The notes: generated from the letters alone by a model not told the origin. Shown: positions 12,831 through 26,878, counted from the stretch's first letter. The stretch is 64,000 bases of DNA from Felis catus (GCF_018350175.1 NC_058368.1:105154001-105218000); one strand, 5' to 3'. Numbers and translations: made by a program.

Positions 12831-14282
12831 CCATCATTAGTAGTCAGATACCCCCTACTTGTTTCTCCGGTTTAATCTTACACCACTCCCTGCATACCAC
12901 GTTTGATTCCTTGTACATGCCATATTCTCCCTTACTTTTCTCATTTAAGAAGAAACAAAAGGCTTTGTTCCTCAGAGCCAAGTTTTATTTAATATATTCT
13001 TTTCCCTCTGCTTCTAACTATAATTGCTCCCGCTACTTCCTCTTACCCTCTTTCCCATTATCCACAAAATCCCAACAAACTCCTATTTTAAGATCTTCAA
13101 TTAGATGCTCCTTCCTCAAAAATGCTTTTCTTCTTCCTTCAAGTTTGGGTTAGATGTCCTTCATAGGTTCTTTCATAGTCCATCACCCACTTCCCCACCA
13201 CCACCAATTATAATTACCTTACTTTACCATATGCCTCATGGAACAAGTCCCGACAGTGACTTCCCTGAAGTCTCAAATCAAGTTACAATCCATCCACTTT
13301 ATCTCTCTGATGTCAAAGCTCATGTCCTTCCCAATATAGCAATTTGAGTTGACTGATAGGCAATGGGGAACCTTTAAGTAGGGCATATTCATATTTGCAC
13401 TTAAAAATTCTGAGAGTACTCATAAGGACAAATTTGTGAGGAGACCAGAGCCAGGCACATTGGTGTGTAGCTCTTGAAAAAATTCAATTTGGAAATGGTA
13501 AGTGCCCATCAGTGGTGAAGAGAAGATAGACTCAGGAAATACTTAAGAGTTGGATTTAGTGATTAACTAATGGAAAAGTAGTACCCAAGACAAATCTCAA
13601 GCTTTAGGTGACTGGGTGATCAACCGTTACCCCAACTACCTTAATATTTGAATCATTAAATATTAAAGGTGATTCATTTCCTTTGGAAGGGTCTATGTAA
13701 GCTCAATTTGCCCCACGTATGTTCTGGATTCTTCTCAAAGCTTTGTAATTTGGATTTCCTCACTTAGGTCTTATGAGTGTTGTAGTCCTTTAATATTACA
13801 TCAGACCCTTGATCTATGTCTTTGAAATAGGTTTTTCTTCTCATTTGTCAGTTCCTGGGATTTTAAGGTGAAAATATCAGATGGCCATGTGGTTTGTGTA
13901 TGAAGATCTTATTTATTAACCTCAGGAACAGTGTAACGTTTAAACTCCAAGTTGTATAAATGCAAGTCTCTTGCCATCATTGAATGGATGTATAGTCACA
14001 GGGCAGTTCTGGACATTCCTTAGAGGATGTTCAAAGTCAAAACTATGAGCATAATAATACTAACAGATTATTGGCATTTTCCATTATCGTTCTTTAACAA
14101 CTAGATGTTTCCCAGATGTTACAAGAAAAGATTGAAAGCAGAGCAGGTATGTGAAACCAGCTGCCCTGTATTAAACTAGACATTGAGGAGGTCAGGGAAG
14201 AAAGGGAAACTCCTGAGAGAAACTCAATAATGGCAGAATGCGTTTCCCCCAAGCCAGAGAGCAGAGTCAACTCTGAGTCCGA

Positions 14283-14296
14283 CCAGCAGGGGGAGT
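14283..14296 (+). promoter_or_regulatory. Candidate CTCF motif CCAGCAGGGGGAGT
   Basis: Close to the CCASYAGRKGGCRS consensus. Motif match only. Confidence 0.35.
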
Positions 14297-14704
14297 CTGA
14301 GCTCTGTTCCATGAAAGAACTCCAAGAATGTGCTGGAACTTGGACAGACTGGGGGTATCCTAGGAACGAGTCAGTCCTAGGCCACTACAGCTGTTGACTT
14401 TAATTTCTCAGAACCTGATATTATTGTTTTTTGACTTTTACATCCAAACATTTGACCTTTATACCCAAGTCAATGATTAATTGCCTCACTTTTTCCCATG
14501 TCTCATTTCTCTCTGATATTCTTATCCATTCATAAGACCCAGAGAGTTTTTTTGGAGATTAAAGAAATCTTAGGAATCTCTGTGCCTGCAACCCTAACTT
14601 TATATTTCAATTATTGATTGATCTTTGGCAAATATTTCTATTTTCACTCAGAGCTTAAACTTTCCTCTATTATTCAGAGTTTCTTTCCCCCCAAAACTTG
14701 GGGG

Positions 14705-15167
14705 TGTTAAAGGTTGAATTATGTCCCCTCCAGATTCAACTGTTGAAGTTCTAACTCCCAGGACCTCAGAACATGACCTTATCTGAAAGTAGCGTTGTTG
14801 CAGATGTAATTTGTTAAGATGAGAACATAGTGGAGTAAGATGGGCCCTGAATCCAATATGCCTGGTATCTTTATAAAAAGTAGAAATTTAGACACAGACA
14901 TACCGGCAGAAAGTCACAGGAAGACAAAGGCAGAGACCAGGGTGATGCATCTACAAGCCAAGGAATACCAATGATTGCTAGCAAATCACCAGCAACTGAA
15001 GGAGAGGTGTACAAGAAGTTCCTCGGAAGGTTCCTTAGAAGGAACCAACCCTACTGACTTTTTAATCTTGGGCTTCTAGCCTCTAGAAATCTGAGATAAT
15101 AAATTTATGATGTTTAAGCCACACAGTTTGTGGTACTCTTTTACAACAACCCTAGCAAATTTATATA
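14705..15167 (+). mobile_element. MLT1B/C solo LTR
   Basis: tg..ggttgaattatgtcccc, cagaacatgaccttat, gaaggaaccaaccct and tttaagccacacagtttgtggtact are all MLT1 hallmarks. G-rich flanks are consistent with a short TSD. Confidence 0.88.
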
Positions 15168-15689
15168 GGGGTAACTATGCTTCTAAATTATAGGCCTTTG
15201 CAGATCTATTTTAAGATGTGCATGAACCTAGAAGTGGCTGGAAATAGATTTTTAAAGGCAGAAATATTAATAAATGTAAAAGTCTGTTTTGTCCAGGATG
15301 GAGGTAGGATGAGGAATGTGTTGTTTGTTTTCAGCTATAAAACTGAAACGAGACAAAACCAGTTTTGTGAACTAAGTGTATCTTCAGACATAGGGGTTCC
15401 TGCCCATTCCACAGGTAGAAGAGGTAATTTATAAAGTGCTTACATCTGTTATTTATTGCCAAAGAATTTCATAGTTTTTAGTACTAGTCCAAGTCAGCTT
15501 ACAGAGCATTTAGCACAAGGGAAGCCTTTGTTTTTAAATGAAATCACTCCTCTCTCTGTAGTATGAGCTCTGCAAGATTTGTTGAGACTCAGTTTGTTTT
15601 TGAATGACCCTGGAAACCCATCCTGCAGTATTATTTGCTGTGTGTCTGTGTGTGGGTTGTGTCGGAGATCTAGGAGAAAAGACAATGAG

Positions 15690-16630
15690 AAGAGATAAAG
15701 ATGAGAATTCAAATTAATTAATGGGGTGGTTTCCATAATTGCACTCTCTGATGGATTGGGTGGATGATGAGAGTAAGGGAAGTCTGGAATATATTTGTGG
15801 CTTACACATATAGATGGGTGATTCAAGACAGAAGTCTGGGGAACATATAAAATATGTGGACTTCATTTTGAATACATTAATTTTTAGATGACTAGTGTAC
15901 ATTCAGGTGCCAATATTAAGTAGGTTGTGGATATACATATACTTTAGCCTGAAGCTAAGTGGTTGTATGTAAAAAAAAAAAGGGGGGGGGGAGTAACCAA
16001 CATGTTTAAACTATGGCACCTAGGGGTGCCTGGGTGGCTCAGTTGTTTGGTCAGTTAAGCAGCCAACTTTGGCTCAGATCTTGATCTTGCGGTTCGTGAG
16101 TTTGAGCCCCACGTTGGGCTCTGTGCTGACTGTGCAGAGCCTGGCGCCTGTTTTGGATTCTGTGTCTCCTTCTCTCTCTCGTCCCTCCCCCACTTGCACT
16201 CTGTCTCTCTCATAAATAAACATTAAAAATATTAAACTATGGCACCTAATGGCTAGTGTTTAAACCATAGCATCCAATGAGATCAGCTGGAGAATGAGCA
16301 TAGATAAAGGAGGGAGTTGGGCCCAACAACCAAACTCTGAGGTTGCAATATTTAAAGAATTGAAAGGAAAAAAAAAAATGTTGCCAAGGAAACTGAGAAT
16401 CAGGAAGAAATCCAGAGAATCATGTCCTGGAAACAGAAAGAGGAGAGTGTTTCAAGAAGTACTTAGATGGAGTACTAAGATGTGTAATATTTGACTGGGA
16501 GATTGAATGAGATGGCTAGAAATCTGTGCATTATGTTTGGTAAAATGAGGATCTAGGCAATCTGGACAAGATCAGTGTCAATAGCATAGTGGAGGGCAGA
16601 AGGCAATTTAAAAAGAGATTAGGAGAGAAA
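15690..16630 (-). mobile_element. L2 fragment interrupted by a SINE
   Basis: Purine-rich antisense L2 motifs (gtggacttcattttgaatacattaa, gagaggagagtgtttcaaga-like). Confidence 0.6.
16023..16231 (+). mobile_element. Can-SINE
   Basis: Perfect 17-bp TSD ttaaactatggcaccta (16006-16022 and 16232-16248). Confidence 0.96.
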
Positions 16631-17409
16631 TGTAATTCAGAGTAGTCTTCTTCCCAGCCCCTGGGGAAATTTTTTCCCTGTAGTTTGAGACAGAGAGAAA
16701 AAGAAAGAGAGAAAGAGAAGGCACGCCAAGGATGGTGAAGTGAGAGAATTCTGAGAATCTAACGTAAGACTCAAGAAGTGCCTCTACTTTCTAGTTAAAA
16801 AACCAATTAGTTCTCTTTTTAAGCCAATTTGCATTGGGTTTCTGTAACATAACCAAAAAGGTTCTGACAAATACAGGAATTTGGTGACATACTCGAAACA
16901 CACACTCAGTACCACTCCCCACCAAAGCAACATCCTCTAGATGTTTTCTTGATTGTGGTCACGGAAGAAAAGGACAATGAACATTCCCAGGGGTCAGAAG
17001 CAGACACAAACACATCAGAAACGTTCACTCACTGCACGGCCAGGACAGGCCTTGTTACCTCTAGCCAGTACAAGGTGGTGTTTGCAGTGGCCAGTGACAA
17101 CTAGACGTTGTTTCTCCTTTTCCATTTTTTTAAAAAGGAGAATTATATTGTAAATACCCTGTTTTTAGGGAGGGGATGTTTTCTATTTAATCTTTAGGTA
17201 TCATATTATGATGTGTCTCATCTGCATGCGATTGAGGGAAAATGCACATAATTTGGAGATCTAAATGTGGAACAAATGAAGTAACTTGATATGACTCTGG
17301 GTTATCTCCTTTTGGTGGAGAGGTGAGTGCATTTTAGGATTCATGTAGAACAGATGCATCATATTATGCAGGTACATTTTGGGAAATGCATATGCTTCTG
17401 AGCATAATG

Positions 17410-17930
17410 GTATAATTGTGCTTACTTAACACCTACAGCATGGACTCGAACTGGCCTCTGTTTTTATGTCTCCCTTTTCTGGAGAAATGTTTTCCCTGGC
17501 TCCAATCTTATAATAATTCTGTGGTTGTCAATCATAGTATTCTTACCTACAGGAAATGATCATTAAGCACATGACCTACGTTCTAATCAATTATGGCACT
17601 CCATTTTCCTGGCCGTAAAGACTGACCCAGGGGAGGTCACATGAACTAAGATGGGCTAAACAGAGTCCTTTTTCAGTCTGTTGCTAGAGGAAAAATTGTC
17701 TTACTATTGAGGTCATGAACCTGGAAGGCTTTAGGTAACATTTCTTCCCACTGTGTGAAGAAAGATTGTCTGCACTGGGAAATAATGAGACCAACATAAA
17801 GGCACAGCACCAAGATACAGAGGTAAAAAGAGACAGAGTATGATTACCTCATCTGAGTTTGTGGATCTAGTTGTGAGTGAAACAAAAATCTACTTCTGTG
17901 TCCCCAGTTATATAAGCCAATAGTTTTTTT
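17410..17930 (+). mobile_element. MLT1J/K-like LTR, old
   Basis: Repeated cacatgacc/cacatgaac motifs and a cccagttatataagccaata 3' end. Confidence 0.55.
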
Positions 17931-19149
17931 TTTTCCTTACAAAAATCGTTGGAATATTCTAAGAAAGTGACAACAGGGTAGGTAGGCAACTATTTTAAGA
18001 AAAGTCATTATTTTAAGCTATCAATGCACATCTTTTGTTCACGAGAATTACTATTAACATGTTTATATGCTAAAAAGGATCGACCAGAAAGGGTGAGATA
18101 GATAATGCAGAAATGAATGGGGGTGGGGGGGGGTGCGCAGTTCAGAAATTACAGGGGTCAAGGCTTTGTGATCTAGAAGATGGGCTTCAAAGCCAAGTGA
18201 AAGGGCTGGGCTTTGACAAAAGAATATCCTCTCCATTTGTTTAATAAGGATGCTTTTCCCAGTTAAAGTCGTATAATAAGGCCAGCACAGAAGAGCCGTG
18301 CAAAACATAAGTTTATGTGCAAAACATAGGTTTTGAGGTAGAACAGTTCCAAGTTGGTTAATTCAGTGGCTCAAGAAAGTCACCAAGAACAGGGGTGCTA
18401 CCCTTTGCCCCATCATCCTTAGTGTTAACTGTGTCCTAATTCAAGAATTAAATGCAGTTAAAAGATACTGAAAAAAAGAGACATACTTCCTCCCATGGGT
18501 CTTTAAAAAAATCTGGTAAAACCCTTTTCCTGGGGCTCCAAGGGCCTCTCCTGGATGGCAGGCTCATGCTTAAAATAATCTTTCATACCTGGGAATGAGA
18601 CCAACATGGCTGGTTTAGTTTAATTGTGATTCATTCCCTGGAGCTGGACAAGGCCAAGCTTCCCTAAACACATGGCTGCTAGCTAATCCAAATTGGGTGC
18701 CTGGTAGCAGGGGATAAATGGGTAAACAACTGTCGGGAAACAGATTAGCAGTGCCTGCTGCAGTAAGGTTCATAGAGTAAGGCTGGTGGGAAGGTGAGGA
18801 AGTAGCCATCTGGCAGCTTCTAGTTCTTCAGTAAATTATTGATGAGGTAGCCATTTGGGGTGAGGGGGGAGAGTGGAATTTTGAAGAGAGAGAAAGTAAG
18901 AAATGATATTTGAGGAAAGCATAGAGAATCACACTATCTCGGAAAAGAGGAAAGAAAATTTACTAAAAGAAAAATAGAATGATATTTTGATTTCAGGGGA
19001 GGGGTACTCAACACCGAGGTTTATGTTCACTACTTTAAAATGAAAACGGTCAATCCAATTTTGTTAGTTTTCTCTAATAGCATTCAAGGAAATGACATAA
19101 TGCTAATAATTTCCTTGACCGCTGACAGCTAACTAGAAAGTCATTTTAT

Positions 19150-19895
19150 TTTGTGAAAATCAGATAACATACAATTAACCATTTTGAAGGATGAAATTCA
19201 GTGGCATTTAATGGATTCACAATGTTGTGCAAACACTACCTCTCTCAAGTCTCAACACTTTTTCTTCACCCCAGAACACTTTGTACCTTTTAAATAACTG
19301 CTCCCCACAAACCCTCATCCTATCCTCTAACAACCATAAATTTCCTTTCTGTCTCTAAGGATATACCTCTATGGATATGGATATTCTTGATATTTTGTAT
19401 GAAAAGGATCATACCGTAGGTGACCTTTTGTGTCTGGCCTCTCTCATCTAGCCTAATGCTTGTGCCGTTCATCCAAGGTATAGCAAGTATCAGTACCTCA
19501 TTTCTTTTATGACTGAATAATATTCGTTATATGTCTACAACACAGTTTCTCTATTCCTTCATCTGTTAATGGACATTTGGTTTCCATCATTAAGCTAGTA
19601 TGAATGATGTTGCTGTAAGCATTTGTATACAAGTTTATGGGTAGATGGATGCTCCCACTTCTCTCAGGTGCGTATCTAGAAGTGTAATTGTTAGGTCATA
19701 TTGGTAATTCTCTAACTTTTTGGTAAACCACCAAACTGGTTCCCACCACAGCTGAATTATTTTATGCTCCCAAAAGCAATGTACAAGGTCCCTGTTTCCC
19801 CACATCTTCACCAGTACTTTCCATTTTCCATTTTTTAAATTATAGCCATCACAGTGGCTTTGAAGTGGAATCTCATTGCAGTTTTGACTTGCATT
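19150..19895 (-). mobile_element. Old L1M 3' region
   Basis: cagtggcattta..ttcacaatgttgtgcaa, gttaatggacatttg, and ORF2 C-terminal remnants (ORF 19635-19982). Confidence 0.85.
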
Positions 19896-21470
19896 GAACA
19901 ATGCCATGCTCTTGAACTTTTTCCTTTTCTTTCTTTTCTTTTCTTTTTTGGAATTAGGAAACATTTCCATGTTTTCCCACACAATTATTAACCAAAATTA
20001 CAAAAGCAGATGTATAAAGTCACATATCAATAACAAAAAAGGAAGGAAATGAAACATATGACATCTTGAAAATTTCCACTGGCTAAAACTCTTACAGGTG
20101 AACTGTGGTTGCACAACAAGCTATATTCATTCCTGCATTTTCTCAGTAAGTTCTTCCTTATATTTGTTAGAATGATTCACTCTCTTGTTCATCAGTTGAG
20201 ATTTCCCACTCTTTCTTGACTCAGTTTTGTTAATTTGTGTCTTTTTAAGAATTTTCCCATTTCATCTAGATAATCTAATTTGTTGGCATCCAACTGTTCA
20301 CAGTACGTTCTCCTAAACTTTTAAATTTCTGTAAGGTTGGTAGAGATGTCCCTACTTTTACTTCTCTTTTTAGTTATTTTTGCCTTTTCTCTCTTTTTAA
20401 AAAAGTCAATATAGGTAAAGCTTTGTCAACTTTGTGGATCATTTCCAAGAACGAACTTTTGGTTTCATCAATTCTATTATTTTTCAATTCTCTGTTTTGT
20501 TTATCTCTTCTTAGTCTTTATCATTTGCTCCTTCTACTGGCTTTGGGTTTGGTCTGCTCTTTTTCTTTCAGGTGTGAAGTTAATTTGGTGATTGGATGTG
20601 TTTTTGTTTTGTTTTGTTTTGTTTTAATGAAGCTGTTTTCAGCTATACATTTCCCTCTGGTACTGACTTTGCTGCATCCCCCAAGTTTTGGTATGTTGTG
20701 CTTTTCTTTTCATTGGTCTCTAAGTATTTTCTAATTCATCTTTTGATTTCTTCTTTGACCTGTTTATTCTTTAAGAATGTGTTGTTTATTTCCTTTCATT
20801 TTCAAGGTTTCCAGTTTTCCTCTTGTTAGTGATTTCTACCTTCATTCCATTCTAGTTGGAGAAGGTACTTTGTATAATTTGAATCCTTTTAAATGTACTG
20901 TGAATTATTTTATGGTCTAAATGTGGTCTATCCCAGAGAATGTTCCATTTGCACTTGGGAAGAATGTGTATTCTGCTGTTGTTGGGTGAATTCTCGTGTA
21001 TATGTCTATTAGGTCTTCTTAGATTGTAGTGTTGTTCAATTTGATTTCCTTAGATCTTCTGTCTAGACATTCTATCCATTATTAAAAGTGGGGTAGTGAA
21101 GTCTTGAACTACTCTATTACTGTTTATTACTAATATTTTCCCTTAAATTTTGTTAGTTTTTTTCATATATTTGGGAGATCTGCTGTTTGGTGAATGTATG
21201 TATATAATTTTGATTAAGTGGCACTTACCAATATACAATACCCTTCCTTGCATTTGGTAATAATTTTGATTCAGCATTTATTTTGTCTGCCACCCTAGCT
21301 CTCTTCTGGCTACTATCTGCATGGAATATCTTTTTTCATCCTTTCACTTAGAACCTATTTGTTTCTTCAAGTCTGAAGTTAGTCTCTTGTAAGCACTGTA
21401 TAGATGGATCATGTTTATTATCCATTCCACAAATCTCTTTTAATTGGTGGGTCTAACCCATTTCCTTTTA

Positions 21471-21988
21471 TTTTTTTTTCAATATATGAAGCTTATTGTC
21501 AAATTGGTTTCCATACAACACCCAGTGCTCATCCCAAAAGGTGCCCTCCTCAATACCCATCACCCACCCTCCCCTTTCTCCCACCCCCCATCAACCCTCA
21601 GTTTGTTCTCAGTTTTTAAGAGTCTCTTATGCTTTGGCTCTCTTCCACTCTAACCTCTTTTTTTTTTCCTTCCCCTCCCCCATGGGTTTCTGTTAAGTTT
21701 CTCAGGATCCACGTAAGAGTGAAACCATATGGTATCTGTCTTTCTCTGTATGGCTTATTTCACTTAGCATCACACTCTCCAGTTCCATCCATGTTGCTAC
21801 AAAGGGCCATATTTCATTCTTTCTCATTGCCACGTAGTACTCCATTGTGTATATAAACCACAATTTTTTTATCCATTCGTCAGTTGATGGGCATTTAGGC
21901 TCTTTCCATAATTTGGCTATTGTTGAGAGTGCTGCTATAAACATTGGGGTACAAGTGCCCCTATGCATCAGTACTCCTGTATCCCTTG
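21471..21988 (-). mobile_element. Young 5'-truncated feline L1 (ORF2 C-terminus + 3'UTR)
   Basis: Open ORF2 end (TCTPMFIAALSTIAKLWKEPKCPSTDEWIKK...). TSD taacccatttcctttta / taacccatttactttta. Confidence 0.93.
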
Positions 21989-22140
21989 TAACCCATTTAC
22001 TTTTAAAGTACTACTGATAATGAAGGATGCACTTCTGCCACTTTACTATTTGTTTTCTATATATCTTACTTCTTTCTTACTCTTAAATACTCCAATGATG
22101 CCTTCTTCTGTGTTTGATTTTTCCCAGTATATCATTTTTT

Positions 22141-22336
22141 TGGTTGTTGTTTTTTGTTTTTAAATGTTCATTTTTGAGACAGTGTAAGTGGGGGAGGTGG
22201 GGGGGAACAGAGGATCCAAAGCGTGCTCTGCACTGAAGGCCGTGTGCCCAATGCCGGGCTTGAACTCATGAACTGCGACATCATGACCTGAAATGAAGTC
22301 ATACACTCAACTGACTGAGCCACCCGGATGCCCCCC
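22141..22336 (-). mobile_element. Can-SINE
   Basis: Antisense SINEC body, diverged. Confidence 0.88.
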
Positions 22337-22755
22337 TTTTATACCATTTTGATTCACTTTATTTTGTATCTTTTTAATTTATTCGCTCCTATAATGTGTG
22401 TGTTAATGTGTCTGGTAGTATCCCACAGGCCCCTTAGATCTCTTCATTTATCTTCCCACTTTTCTTTTCCTGCTCCACAGGCTGGGAAATTTCAGTTGGT
22501 CTACCTTCAAGTTTACTGATTCTATCATCTGCCGCTTCTATCTCCTGTTAAACTCTTCTAGCGAATTTTTCATTTTAACTATTTTTCTTTTCAACTTCAG
22601 AATTTCTAATTAGTTTCTTTTTATAATTTCTGTCCCTTTTATTCATATCTTCTCTCTGCTCATACATCACTCTTGATTTTCTTTACTTTTTCTCCTCATT
22701 TTTTCTTTCAGCTGTTTGAGCATATTTAACACAGTTAATTTAAAATGTTTGACCA

Positions 22756-22963
22756 GGGGCACCTGGGTGCCTCAGTTTGTTGAGGGCCCGACTTCAGCTC
22801 ATGTCATGATCTCGCAGACCATGGATTCGAGCCCCCTGTTGGGTTCTGTGCTGACAGTTTAGAGCCTGGAGCCTATTTTGGATCCTGTCTCTCCCTCTCT
22901 CTCTATCCTTCCCCCACTCATGCTCTGCCTCTCTCTCAAAAAATAAAATAAACATTAAAAAGA
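22756..22963 (+). mobile_element. Can-SINE
   Basis: TSD ttaaaatgtttgacca / ttaaaatatttgtcca. Confidence 0.95.
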
Positions 22964-23872
22964 TTAAAATATTTGTCCAGTAAGTCCAAAATTTCAATGT
23001 CTGAGTTTCTTCAGGTACAGTTTTAATCGTTTTTAAATAAATGCACCATACTTAACTATGTGAGGTTTGCAATTTTTCATTGAGAACTAGACAAGTATTG
23101 TAATGTGGTAACTCTAGAAATCGGATTCTCCACCCACTCCTCTCTAAGAATTGCCATTGTTGCTTGTTGAAGACTGCAGTTGTATGTTTACTTAGTTTTC
23201 CTAATTAATTTTCCAAAGATTATATTTCTTTTCACATGTGGTCACCAAAGGCTCCTGTGCCATTATCTCTGCAGTTAGCCAGTGACCTGACAGAGATTTC
23301 TTTCAATGCCAGTCTCTTTCTTCCTCCAGTATTTTCCTGGATGCAGGTGTCCTACTAGACTCCAGAGTCCTGAACTGATTGGCTCTGACAGTTCTTGCCA
23401 GCTTAGTAGTTATTTACATGGAAGGACCACCATGCCATCTTCTGTGAAGTCCAAGTCATTTTGCTTTAACCACAATCTTGAATACAATTCTAAAATATAT
23501 CAGTACCCTTTCTTGACTCCATCAATAAACTGTACAATGGATAAAATTTTACCTTTCTTTCACTTTTAGCTATATTACAATACTTTTATAATGCTTTTTT
23601 ACTTAACTTTGGGGTAAATATTGAAAGTTGAATTTTTTTTTTTTAGTGGATTTACACAGCCTTGAAGATATGACATGGAAGTTGCTTCTTTGTTTTACCT
23701 AATTCTGAAGACAAATGTTGTTGTTCATACTTTTTAAGTCATTTCTTCCCTCCAAACTTTTTGACACTATTGGTAGAAGAGAAGGGGATCTGCTTGGCAA
23801 AAAGAGTCAGAGGTAGAAAATGAGGCTTCCAGCATCCTGTGAACCTATGTTCCAGCAAAAGTGGCTAACTAG

Positions 23873-24093
23873 GGGGCACCTGGGTGGCTCAATCGGTTGG
23901 ACGTCCGACTTCAGCCCAGGTCACGATCTCATGGTTCATGGATTCGAGCCCCACGTTGGGCTCTGTGCTGACAGCTCAGAGCCTGGAGGCTGCTTTGAAT
24001 TCTGTGTCTCCCTCTCTCTTTGCCCCTTCCCTACTCACACTCTGTCTCTCTCTGTCACTCAAAAATAAATAGACACTGAAAAAAAATTTTTTT
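23873..24093 (+). mobile_element. Can-SINE
   Basis: TSD aaaagtggctaactag / aaaagtggctagttag. Confidence 0.95.
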
Positions 24094-26099
24094 AAAAAGT
24101 GGCTAGTTAGGATATATGAAGATTAGTCATTTCAAGAACAGATGTCCAGTATTTCTAATCTCTTTTTGTGAGTAGATACTAAGTTGGGCTAAACTTTTTT
24201 TCTATCCGTCCCCAAACAAGGTTCTACTCTATAAAACCAAGCCATTCTTATGAAAAAAGAGAAAAAAGAAAAAAAACAAGAAGAAGAAGCAATGACCAAG
24301 GTCCCCAGAGTTTTAAAATTCAATTATGGTATTTTTCAGGCTAACTTGGATTTCCTTTTACTTTGATGCCTTTTTTTTTCATCTCATAATTTGAATTTGG
24401 ATTTAGGCAGCATTCCTAAAGGCTTCCTGAATTGAAAATTAGATATTAAAAAGTCCTAAAACATCCATCAAAACAATGGAGTGAAAAAAATGGCAACTAA
24501 CATCTTGTGACTCAGCAATAGAGCACAATCTTTCAGACGGTGCTAAAATAGAATAATAAAAAAAAACTGATGTATAATTTTCATTTTATTTTATTTTCTT
24601 CTCATCTCTTTTCTCTTCTACCCTTTTGGATTATGAGTCCTATTTGATGGGTTATTTTCAAAGGGGACTCAGTATCACCTTATGCAAATAAATAGTTTCA
24701 TCATTGTAAAATAAAATGCAACAAGAAATTACTAGATCTTGCCCCTAATGTATCCATATATGGAAGAAAGAATACGATCCCTGTATCAGGCTGCTGTGAG
24801 GTGATGATACATACATATGAGAATTAAGTTTATAAAATTAATAAGTGGAATGATCTTAGCAAAGATTGCTCTGGACCAGTTTGAGTGTGTCTTGTAAGTT
24901 TTGACAGAATTCTCCATTCCTCCTTCTGGGGAATTTACAGTCCAGTTTGAACACATATGACTGGAGAAATACTCTGTAAAAACATAGCAACATAGCATAT
25001 AAAATCCTATTATGGGTACCAAGGTCCTAGGGTCCGTGAGTTGTAGAATTGAGACTAACACATAGATCCCTGACTCCAAGTCAAGATTTCTTAGAGGAAA
25101 GCTAAGCCTGAGGTAAATATATCTGAATCAAAGGGATATTGAGACAAAGACCTTTTATAAGAGGGCAAGAAAGAGATGGGGTTGATGTCTATATAAAAAG
25201 GAAGCAAGATGTTAGGACAGAATTCTTGAGTTTTAGGAAAAAAAGACAAAAATTTTCTTTCAGTTAAATAGGTAAACATGTGAGAAATAATGCTGAAGGC
25301 CATGTAGTTATTGGAGGGAAAAACCACAGACCTCATCTTTATAGGCAGCCTTAGAATTAGGGTTGGAAATAATGTAAGACCCAGAGTTGGAGGCAGTCCA
25401 TTGAAGATCCAAAACCAACCTCTTCTTATTAGCTATGGGCAAGCTAATTCACTCCTAAAAGCATCTAGTTTCTTATTCTTTAAAGTGGTTATAATTAATA
25501 AAAAATATAAACCAAACTCCTTATAGAGTTTTGAGCATTGGACTAAGGTAGCTTGTGTACAGACAGCACCCAGAATGAGTGGTATGGTGTAACTACCAAA
25601 TAAATGTTAATTACTGCTGTTTTTCCATAGAATTTACTTATTTGTGGTCAAGAGCATGGGCCTTTGGAATGTGACAGTACATCAGTAGAATGCTTATGGT
25701 AGTAAGTAACAGAAAATTCAATTTCTAGATAATAAGGAAACTTATTAGCTCACTATGTGTGAGTCCAAGGTAGGATGTGCTTCAAGATTTGTTGATACAG
25801 TATTTCAATAATGTTGGTCACTCTTCCATTCAGAGTGTAGCTTCATTATATACGGGTTTCCTGGATGTTTGTAGGATGGCTACATCAGCATTCACATCTG
25901 GTAGGTGAGACAGAATGCTTCCCCCAATCATCAAAATTCCTGCTGAGCAGTACGAGTGGATCACATATCCGCATTTATTAACTGTGGCCAAAGAAAAACC
26001 AGTCTCTGATTAAGACTTTGATTCTTGAACCAATGAGCAGAAAACAGGATGGGATTTTCATGATTCTCAGGTCCCACTTCAGGAGCTGGGGTCAAATTT

Positions 26100-26330
26100 G
26101 GGCTTTAGGGAATCAGACCCAGTGCCCACTAGTGAAAACCTGGGCTGTAACACATAACTCGCTATGTGCTTGGGCAAGTTACACAACTTTACTAAACTTA
26201 GTGAATTCCTTTATCTGCAAAAGGGGAATGAAGATGAATTCAGATACACAAATAATAATGAAAACAAAAGGTTCTGCAGAAGGCTTGGTGTATAGTAAAT
26301 ACCCAGTAAATTGTTAGGGTCATTACTATT
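26100..26330 (+). mobile_element. MIR
   Basis: MIR core-like sequence tgtgcttgggcaagttac..ttcctttatctgcaaaagggga. Confidence 0.6.
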
Positions 26331-26838
26331 ATTCAACTGTATACTTTCATATTACATAATAGTTTTAAAATTCTCTGCCTTTCTGGGTAAAGTGCAAGCT
26401 TTTTGAGCATATAAGCAATGTCACTCTCATTTTTTACCTTTGAAGGCTTACTTTTAATAAATGCCCAACATATTTCTATAACAAATGAGTGAATAAATGA
26501 GTGTTGAATGAATGAATAAAAGCTTGAAAATAATAGAAGGCAGATATAAAAGAAAGACAACCAGATGGGAACTGGATGAGTTATAAGTCAGGTAGAATAT
26601 GGGAACAAAATTGACCAATCTGAGAAAGACTGCATTTGAGAGAAAAAAAATGCCAGATGTAGAGAGGACTTTTCCCTAAACACTAGAGTGGTTGTAGGAA
26701 GTAAGTGAACCGAATACAGTTTGAGTTTAGGGTAACCAGCTCAAAGGTGTTGTGATGTCTTCAGACACTGTGTTTTATAGTTTGATAAATATTTGAATAA
26801 GACTTTTATCAATACTGTAATCTAGAGGAGGTAGAAGA

Positions 26839-26878
<40 letters not shown>
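26839..26878. repeat. (AAT)13 microsatellite
   Basis: Direct reading. Confidence 0.97.

Larger units (their letters stand above)
20145..23200 (-). mobile_element. Old L1M ORF2/5' region, interrupted by a young L1 and two SINEs
   Basis: T-rich antisense L1 motifs (ttcatctagataatctaatt, gagaatgttccatttgcacttgggaagaatgtgtattctgctgttgttgg). Confidence 0.8.

Noticed and set aside
20127..20200. Minus-strand frame QLMNKRVNHSNKYKEELTEKMQE* that looked like a retrocopied C-terminus
   Set aside because: The nucleotides match decayed L1 ORF2 (the EIESVI..FYQTFKEEL region), so the peptide is most likely L1-derived.
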